Assembly (NCBI GenBank): GCA_001244265.2
Contig: CDLV01000017.1
Location: 62,001 to 126,000, forward strand
Origin: Microbotryum violaceum
Taxonomy: Eukaryota
DNA: 64,000 nt
Direction of reading: 5' to 3'
The notes beneath the pieces were generated by a model. It worked only from the letters and a program-made list of their open reading frames with translations, searched no databases and was not told where the DNA came from. Positions 13,583 through 22,749 of this stretch are shown here, one piece after another (the stretch's first letter is position 1; each line of letters starts with the position of its first letter). Position numbers and translations under genes: made by a program.

Positions 13583-14448
13583 GACCGCAAAAACAAATCA
13601 ACATTTTGAAGGCCTTGCTCAATGTCATAAGGAAAGCACTTCGGCCTGCCAAACTTAGATCGTTAAACACTCTATACTATCATGCACCGTCAGCATCAGC
13701 ATTCGCAGAATACACCTACAGGTAGGGCAACTACGAATTTCTCCCTATCATCGACGCGAGAAATTACTTCTCAGCGTGAATCGTGGACTGTGTGAGTGTG
13801 AGGCAGCCATACCCGAACTCAGAGAAGGAATGAGGTATCCTGAGCAGGTTTCGTCAAACAAGACTCCAAGGGACCAACGCCTCGACAGTAGTGTCGACAC
13901 TGTGACTCGGAGCAGCGCACGCGCCACCAAAAGAAAGGCTCGGGGCTCGGACTCCGCGTTTCGCCCATTCTCACGAACGACGATCTTCACCTCGGCAAAC
14001 CGACGAGCGAACCGACACTCATGCCTCATTACCCAGTGCTGCGGTTGCCCGATCAACATACAAACAAGGGACAAGGAAACAAAAGAGATCGTGCCACTGC
14101 CTGATATGCCGCGCTACGCTCCTCTAAGAGCCCTCTTCCTTCGCCATCTGTAGGCCCGCGCCTCCAATTCACTAATACTCATCAGAGCCGTGAGCCTCCA
14201 TTTCCTTTTCCTGTCTCTCTTTAGCTTTACCGTAGAACTCTCCTCTCTTTCCCTCCCCCTATCCATTCATTATCCCCGAACTCACACGGATCTACCTTCG
14301 ATAATCGCTCGACACCGCTTATCGACTTTCTTCACTCGACTTTCCTTTCGCGTCGAATACAATTCAAGGACTTGTACCGTCTTCTCTTGCCGTTCGATAG
14401 AGAGAGTACAACCTGGGCTTTCCTCTCGACTTGACACGATCTGGGAAG

Positions 14449-15061
14449 CCTACACCATCTCAGTGATTCCCAGCCCAACCAATCACCTTCGACCGAATCC
14501 TTACCCAACCCAACACAACACCAAAAACGAACGCAATGGCAACCTTTCAAATGCAGGACTTCACCGGGGCAGCCGCCCCCCAGCCGGATTGTCAGAGAAA
14601 CGTTCCAACCGCCGGTTGATCGTAACCGGCCGGGGCTTCCCTCCATGACTGCCACCTCGGCCAAGGGAACCCTCGAAAAGCATCTGCTTCACATACTCGA
14701 AATTTCTGGCGTTACCCGCTCGAGGCGACAACCATGTATATGTGCCGAGGCTGGCTTGGGCAAACGAGACCTTGTCCTTGTGTTGCCTCGAGCGGAAGTC
14801 TCGAGTATGTGGAGTAGGTGCTTTTCGAGCGTTTCCCTGGCCGAGGTGGGTGGCAGTCATGGAGGGAAGCCCCGGCCGGTTACGATCAACCGGCGGTTGG
14901 AACGTTCCTCTGACAATCCGGCTGGGGGGCGGCTGCCCCGGTGAAGTCCTGCATTTGGAAGGTTGCCATTGCGTTCGTTTTTGGTGTTGTGTTGGGTTGG
15001 GTAAGGATTCGGTCGGTCGAAGGTGATTGATTGGACTGGGGGATCAGTGAGATGGTGAAGG
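14449..15061. repeat. Long inverted repeat (foldback): ~280-bp arms, ~50-nt spacer
   Basis: 14449-14730 is the reverse complement of 14781-15061. The ~165-bp core (14491-14654 vs 14861-15013) has only 2 substitutions. No TSD seen. Confidence 0.97.
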
Positions 15062-16577
15062 AACCGAATGAACGGCGTGACTTACACTCGGACGAAGATG
15101 ACTCCGCCCTGTCGAGTTACACTCTCCGCTATGGACTCCAAGGCTCCAACAGCAAGTTGTTCGAGCTTGCGGAAGTGACCCAGAAGAAACCGGAGGCTAC
15201 CTCGTAGCGCAGCTCGTGTCTCGACAAACTGCTATCAGGCAACTCAAGGCTCTGCTGCATCCTCAAGAAACCACATCTTTGCAATGAGCCGTCACGATGG
15301 GAAGCAAGTCTAAGCTGGGAAAGGTAAGCTTTGGCTTTTTTCACGTCACACCCTACTAGGTGGTCGGTACGATCTCGTCACTTTCTCAGATTGCTGATGC
15401 AGAGACACTCTTCGTCGTAACAGAACGTCGTCAAGAACGACCAGGCCCGAACTGCGTCTGCGCTCGTGAGGCTCGAGGGAGCGGTCCGCTCGCTCCAGCG
15501 TCAAGACGGTTGATACCTTTGAGCAACCGCAGATCGGAAGGGATCACTCACTCTCCGATGTGTACAAAGACCAAAATGTCCGTACAATGTCCAGTTCCGA
15601 CCTTCAGGGCTTGAGTCTGCTGGCGCCGAATGGGAATGCTCGGTTTTCAACCCCAAGCATATCTGTGTCCCCACCGAGTGCGCAATCCTTAAATCGTTGC
15701 GGCAGCAAGTATTCTCTCCGTTTTGTACATCGCTTAACCGGATGCGACCATTTTCTGATCTGCTCTCATTTCGACCCTTTCCAGCCTGGGATTGAATTCC
15801 AAACTCGCGAGGTTGGAGCACCTTCAGCAGAGGAGGTATGACGCCCATTTGGTGTATGATCTGGGACCAGAAAGCTTCTTCTTACTTGCTCGTCTGTTTC
15901 AACTTTCTCTCTTCCTCAGGTGAATCAAGACGAGTCGCCTGTCGAGTGCACTGTTCCCTCACAAGCCGTCGCGTCGAAGCGCTCCAAGACCATAACCGGG
16001 ATACTTCAACACCGGGTCAATCGCAAGATGGTCGGCACACAAGCACGCCGCATCCCTGTTTCGATAGGACATAAACTTTCAAAGCATTGATGGACGCTCT
16101 ACGACCATCACTTGCAGGGGGAATCTTGAGGGTGTATGGGTACCGAGTAGTCCTTAATGGGGTGATACTTACGAAGGCGTGCTGGGCAGGATGAATGGAC
16201 GTGAAGATGAAGAAATAGAAGTACATGGCGAGTCACAGCTGTAGCACTAGAGCCCGAACCGCTGAAGGGACGGCTCTTTTTCAGAGCTTTCTCTCACGAG
16301 TAATTCCTTCGCTTTCGCTTCAGAGAACGATTAGAGTGTGACGTTGGAGGAAGATGAGAAGTAGTACTCGAATTGCCAGGAATAGCTACTCCGAGATCAA
16401 GAGCCAGCTCCAATCTTGAACCCCGTGTACGATTTTGGTTCCGCGGGTCTCGGTCGTGAGCGACGTTACGCGTTGATGAGAGTCTCATCGCAGCTGTATA
16501 AATCAGGGGTCATCGAGCGGCAAAGGTCAGCTCAATGCGCCTAGCGATCCTCAAAGCGGCGCGGAAGTCTGACTCAA

Positions 16578-17137
16578 CTACTTCTGGCTGTTCTTGTCGA
16601 TGCATTCGGTATACTTCGCCTGAATGGGACATTGATCGGGGGCCAAAGTACCATCAGTGAGGCACTTGCCCAAGCAAGCTGCCTTCGTCAAGCTAATTTA
16701 GGCGAGGTCGAGGCGAGGGCAGAGGTTATCCGGAGGTTAGTGAGGCTGTTCGTGTCAGGCCGAGACTCGCATGCAGGACAGGGCGAAACATACACGTCGG
16801 GTTGAGATGATTTCGCGGGTTGGCCCTTGCAGCGATCATTGCATGCTCTATAATCCAAGATGAGGTATCATTGGGGTGAGCGAAACATGGGGATGAGCTA
16901 TGCCCCGGCTAGTCAACCCGCACTCACGAACAGTTCTTTGCCACCAGCTTCTCGAGGTTTCTGTGCGGAGGATAAGGTGTCAGTGGGAAAGGGGGTAGGA
17001 CTTCAAGAAACGTGAAATCCCAAGGATACCGCTCACTGGGTTGGAAGAGGTGGGGCCATGGAGGGGTTTAAGGGATTCATGGCCGCGGTCGACACGACAA
17101 TGCCAAACACAGTCGCAACGAGGAGAGTCAACCGCAT
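16578..17137 (-). CDS. Small secreted cysteine-rich protein (~100 aa, candidate effector)
   Basis: Exons 17137-17037, 16960-16928, 16847-16794 and 16692-16578, all joined by phase-2 GT..AG introns: MRLTLLVATVFGIVVSTAA-MNPLNPSMAPPLPTQNLEKLVAKNCSACNDRCKGQPAKSSQPDVLTKAACLGKCLTDGTLAPDQCPIQAKYTECIDKNSQK*. Hydrophobic signal peptide and 7 Cys. Confidence 0.8.
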
Positions 17138-17335
17138 CGTACGTTTGACGCAGTGTAAGGACCGTGGGGGAGCTGGTGCAGATTAATAGTAAGATATCGT
17201 GGTGACAATTCCAGGTGCGGGAAGAAGCAGTGCGGAACGAAAGCGCATTGGAGGAGATCGCTATCGTACCACCCACAGCGACACGCCCCCTTGAGACAAG
17301 CTCCTGTGAAACGGGCGAGCGACGGACGCGCATCA

Positions 17336-17538
17336 TGTCAGAGTGTATATTGCTGTTTCATCCCACTTCTATTACCGATCACGACTAGTTACTAGTTGTT
17401 GATATTAGTCGCCTCGCGCGGCTATTGCTTGCCTCGCGCGCTCCTATTCTGCGCTTCTCTTCTTTCTCCAACTGTCTTTACTATCATCCTCGGCTCTCGT
17501 ACTAAACGTATCTCGTGCCTCGGCTTTAGGTTCTAATA
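17336..17538 (+). repeat. 5' LTR (203 bp, TG...TA)
   Basis: Near-identical to 21048-21230. Starts TGTCAGAG, ends TTCTAATA, and is immediately followed by the PBS. Confidence 0.95.
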
Positions 17539-17542
17539 GGTT

Positions 17543-20500
17543 ATGAGCCAACCTGCTCGGGGCGACTCCGATGATATTGGTGGCATGGCATCCACGCCTC
17601 CTCCACCATCGTCATCAACGTCGAACCAGCCCTTCGATGTCGCCCCCGCCACCGTCGTCACGCTCACCAAGGAGCAATACGACGCTCTCGTAAAGAACCA
17701 ACGCCCCGCACAAGCGCAGGAAGACGACGCAATCTCCATGCGTCACCTTCTCCCCCCCGTCAACCCTTCCGCCTTCCCCGATGACTCGAAGCTCACCGAG
17801 GATAACTACGTTGACTGGGACCTCGCAATGTCGACTACCTACGCTCGCGAGGTCTGCGCCTACCTTCGCAAGGGCCAGCACGACCCTTCTTGGCCACCCG
17901 CCTTCCACACGCGCTGGGAGGATTACGCGGCCCGAGCGCTTGCGTCCTCGCTCACGGTCACGACCAAAGCCACCATCGGGCCACTCATTCAAACGGGTGG
18001 CTCGGCGCACGACTGCTGGCTCGCGCTCGCCGCACGCTACGCGCCTAGCGATGCCCAGGCCTACTCAACGCTGATCAAAGACTACTTCATCCCAGCCCAG
18101 GTGCGATTCACACGCTTGTCACCACCAAGTCCCATGGGATCCCTTTACTTACCCTTCACCGTCGCTACGGTCATGCCTCTGTTCAGACACTTAAAAAACT
18201 GGCGGCCTCTGGCCAGGTGGAGGGTTTGGATTGGACCTATAGTGACCTCGAGTGTGTAGACTTCACCTGCAACGCGTGCCTCGCATCCAAAGCCCATCGT
18301 TTGCCGTTCCCCCCTTCGTCGTTCCACGCCTCGGAGCCGCTAGCACTGGTCCACTCGGATGTCTTGTCCTTTCCAGAGGAGTCGTTCAGCCACAAACGGT
18401 ACCTCGTCACATTCGTCGACGACTTCTCGAGGAAAACTTGGGTCTACCCCATCGGGCACAAGAGCGAGGTCCTTCCGACGTTTAAGGACTGACTTATGGA
18501 GATCGAAAACGAGACAGGTCGCAGGGTCAAAACGCTCCGCTCAGACAACGGGGGTGAATACGTCTCTACCGCCTTCAATGGTTTTTGCGTGGCACGCGGG
18601 ATCCGTCGCGAATTGACCATACCGTACACGCCCGAGCAAAACGGTCGAGCCGAGCGGCTCAACCGATCTATCGTGGAGGGCACCCTGGCTTTACTGATCG
18701 ACTCGGGACTCCCACGTACGTGCTGGAACAAGGCTGCCATGTGTTACATCCACACCAAGAACCTTTCGCCTCATGCGGCTCTCAAGGGAGGAGTACCAAA
18801 TTGTCGCTGGTCAGGCCCCCCCCCCGACCGTGGGAGCGCTTCGAGCATTTGGTTGTCGCGCCTGGGCCACCGTGCCGGCTCATCGTCGGGACAAACTCGA
18901 CCCGAAAGGGATTCCGCTGGTCTTTGTGGGTTGCGATCGACACGCGAAAGCCTGGCGCCTTCTTGATCCCTCCTCGATGCGCGTGAGTTTGAGCCGGAAT
19001 GTGACGTTCCTCGAAACCGAGTTCCCCTTCGTTGCCGTTCCCGCCCGCGTCACACCGCCTTCCGTTCCGGGTTTCTATCCCCGTCCTCCACCTGCCGACG
19101 CTCCGGCAACGCCGTTACCTCCCGTGCTCGTCGAACCCACCCAGCCGCCTTCGCTCGACGACGATGCCACTTCTTCGATCCACCTGCCGCAGCGTCCTCC
19201 GGAACCAGCACCACCGGAACCAACTCCACTCGCCAAAGTCAAGCCCACTTGGGAGTACGGCGATGTTGCCAAGGTTGGTCTCGATCCAGGGAAGTACGGT
19301 GAAATCGATGCTCGGAACATCATCGCTGGCCCCCGGACTCGCCGCCAACTGGTTCCCACCCTCATCACGCGGGAAGACCTTGTTGGCGGACCTGATGGAC
19401 CCACTCCCGCCTTCCAGGGCATGCTCCGTGCCTTCGCATCCACCAAAGCCGGCTTTGCGGAGCACGACTTATCCGTTGTCCGAGATCCAGCCAATTGGGG
19501 CGATGTCATCCGATCGGGACAACAGGACACGTGGGGTGGCCCGGCACACGACGAATTCGATTCACTTCTCAACGAATACGAGGTGTTTGAAGTCATTGAC
19601 TCCTGTGAGCTCCCCGTGGGTGAGATCCTCTTACGGTCGGGCTGGGTGTTCCGAACTAAACACAACCAGCACGGGGACATCATCGATCGCAAGGCTCGTC
19701 TCGTCGCCCACGGTTGTGCCCAACGCCCTGGCATCGACTTCGAGCAGAACTATGCCCCCGTCGTCAAGTTCACGTCCATTCGGGCTCTCATTGCCCTCGC
19801 CGCGGCCAACGGCTACCATGTCCATCAAGCCGACGTCAACAAAGCGTACCTCCACGGCAAACTTGACAAGCCTCTCTACATGCGCGTTCCACAAGGCATC
19901 GACATGCCTGGCAAGATCCTCAGGCTGTCCAAATCCATCTACGGACTTCGCCAAGCGGGCACCATCTGGAACGCGGAGATTGACTCGACTTTGCGCTCCC
20001 TCGGATACGTGCCCACCCGATCGGACATCTGCATCTACCGCCGCAAACACGACGGGCACTCTCATTACATCGCCTTGTACGTTGACGACTTGCTGTTGGT
20101 TGGGCCCTCTACCGCCGAGATCGACAGGGTTCTCGACGCGTTGGAACTCGCATATGGTATCAAACGTCTCAGGCCTGCCGAATACATCCTCGGCATCCAA
20201 GTCAAACGCGGGCACAACGGGTCCATCACACTTTCCCAAGAGCGCTACCTTCGAGATATCTTGGCCAGGTTCCAATTCGCCGATGCCAAGCCGGCGGGCG
20301 TCCCCATGCAACCCGGTGTCGTCCTCGATTTCGAAAACTCGTCTGCTACCCCTGAGGATCGCACTCGCTACTTGCAGGCCATTGGTTCGTTGATGTACGC
20401 CGCGGTTGGCACTCGTCCGGACCTCGCTTTCGTGGTCAGCTACCTCGCGCGCTTCTCGCAGCAACCCGGCCCGGAGCATTGGACAGCCATCAAGCACGTC

Positions 20501-21034
20501 CTCCGCTACATCAAAGGCACGCTGGACTTGGGGCTCACCTACCGCAAGACCAACCAACCGCTCCATGGCTACTCGGATGCAAACTGGGGAGCCTGCCTGA
20601 CAACCTCGCGATCGACCATGGGCTACGCATTCATCTTGTCCGGAGCCGCCATTGCTTGGTGTTCCAAACGGGAGCACAGGGTCGCCAAGTCTACTACCGA
20701 CGCGGAATACCTCTCTCTTTCGTACGCTAGCGGGGACGCCATTCACCTGAGCGAACTCCTGAGCGAACTCGGCGCTCCGGTTCCCGGTCCAGTCGTGCTC
20801 TATGGTGACATCCAAGGTTCGCTTGCTCTGGCACAACACCCGACCAACCATCAGGGATCTCGTCACGTTCGCATCTCGGAACACTACGTCCGCGAGAGGG
20901 TTGCTGAGAAAGAGATCGAGGTCCGCTACATTGCCACTGGCGACATGTTTGCCGACATCTTCACCAAGGCCTTGGGTCCCAAGCCGTTCATCTTCCATCG
21001 GACAAATTTGGGCTTACGAGGTGCAGTGGTATGA
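17543..21034 (+). pseudogene. Disrupted copia gag-pol
   Basis: Gag N-terminus (17543-~18088) is fused out of frame to the pre-integrase region (HRRYGH..CNAC). Integrase core HSDV/SDNGGE/NGRAER carries a TGA at 18490-18492. Frameshift at the C10 run near 18816. RT (KARLVA, YVDD) and RNase H (YSDANW, DIFTKAL) lie in ORF 18773-21034. No protease or Zn-knuckle motif seen. Confidence 0.92.
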
Positions 21035-21047
21035 CAGCACGGGGGGG

Positions 21048-21230
21048 TGTCAGAGTGTATATTGCTGTTTCATCCCACTTCTATTACCGATCATGATTAG
21101 TTACTAGTTGTTGATATTAGTCGCCTCGCGCGCTCCTATTCTGCGCTTCTCTTCTTTCTCCAACTGTCTTTACTATCATCCTCGGCTCTCGTACTAAACG
21201 TATCTCGTGCCTCGGCTTTAGGTTCTAATA
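21048..21230 (+). repeat. 3' LTR (183 bp)
   Basis: Same sequence as the 5' LTR except two C>T changes and a 20-bp deletion between GCCTCGCGCG direct repeats. Confidence 0.95.
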
Positions 21231-22749
21231 CATCACCCCTCACCGCGTCACCACTCACCACCGTGACGTCCCGGCGGGTGAAGGCGGACGATGGGCGAGG
21301 CACGGACGCGTCCTGCGTATCAGCGACTCGGATCGCGCACTTTTATGTTGATCTTCAACATGTGGAGTCATCAGTCTGCTACCAGTGAGAAAGAAGGGGG
21401 GAAAAGTGCCAATTTCCTGGCCAGATCACTATACTAATCGCCGCCTCAGAAGTCATCAGACGGTGACTCCGTCACGGGCCGGCCGGGCGCACTCAACACA
21501 CTCGGCCCGGGTCCCGAGGCCCATGATCACCGCGCCAAAAGGCGAGCGATGCCGAGCAACTTCTCACGCCAGTGCTGGCTGTATAGAATATCTTGTCATT
21601 TAACTGACCAGCACTTGGTCAGGGAACTTCAAAATTTCGACTTAGTGCAGCACTTGTCACTGTAGAATACTAGTAGGAAGGGTACTACAATCTAATCGGT
21701 TTCTCGGCACCAACCTCATGATAAGATAATGCAGCGCACTCTATGGCTTGGTGCTTGCAGTTGGGTCATACAGATGACGAGGGTGGTTTTGGCGTGACAG
21801 CCTCGGCCGCAGGTGTGGAATTTGATGGGCAGACCCTTGTCGTGTGAAGTTGTTAAGCTGAGGTCAACGAAATCACGAGTTCGGCGCTGGTGAACCGCAG
21901 CGCAGTGACCGCAGAGAGAGAAAAGTGCGTAGCTGTCCTTATGGGAGTGATGATGTGTAAGGAGAGAGAGACGGATAGAAAGAAGGAAACTTGAAGCACG
22001 AGGTGGTGTGTGATCGAAGGCATGTGGCCTGTACATGTGCTCGGCTTCGAGTCCCCGACCGAGGATCAGACGCGACCATCGCCTGCGTCGCAGGTATCGT
22101 TTAGCCGCTCGGAGCGGGCACGGCGCTTGTGAGAGGCCGAGTTCAGGAGTCATTTCGGTTGTAGCGAGGCCGACTTCCGGAGTCATCTCAAACTGTCAAG
22201 GTTAACACCGGTTCTGGCAAGGTCAAACACCGGTTTCCGCAGACTTCTCATCGATAAAGCGCTTCCGGGTAAACTCAGTACTTCGAGGGCATAAGGATCA
22301 ATTATCAACGACAAGGCATGCGGCATTCCTGTTCTCAGGTAGATGTGCTCAGCGCTTTAGGGCCGAGTTCGATGACCAGAAGGGTTGAGTAACACCTAGG
22401 ACAAGAAATCAGGGATATTGATACATCGCAGAGTCATTCCCTGTACAAGTGGCAGATGCGGCCCGGGGTGTGCAGTAGAGAGGGTTACCCCATTTCAGTT
22501 GGCGCTAATCTGCGCGCAGTCAGGGTGACTCTTGACTGGGCGCTCACCTCTGGGCCACAGCGTTTTCACATCGGACGAATGCTCTGTTTTTGAGTGAACA
22601 TCGAGCGTGACGTCAGCTCCCCATCGGGGGGCATTTTGGGATCGTGGTCGGCCACTTGGCTCGCTCTGCCCGTGACGATTCGCTAAGCTCAACACGGCCC
22701 CTGGGGATATTCTTAGATAAGAGTGGCAAGCCAAAATTCTACATCATGT

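Larger units (their letters stand above)
17336..21230 (+). mobile_element. Ty1/copia LTR retrotransposon, internally deleted and non-autonomous
   Basis: Paired LTRs, 5-bp TSD CATCA (17331-17335 and 21231-21235), PBS GGTTATGAGCC at 17539, G7 PPT before the 3' LTR, and domain order integrase-RT-RNase H. Confidence 0.97.

Noticed and set aside
14449-15061. Interpretation of the foldback as a MITE or as a viroid-like ribozyme element
   Set aside because: No target-site duplication, ragged outer ends and no hammerhead core (CUGAUGA/GAAA) seen. It cannot be fully excluded without copy-number data.
19631-20998. 455-aa antisense ORF (and the 453-aa alternative-frame ORF 19032-20393) over copia RT
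   Set aside because: Shadow ORFs caused by GC-rich codon bias of the real RT-RNase H frame.
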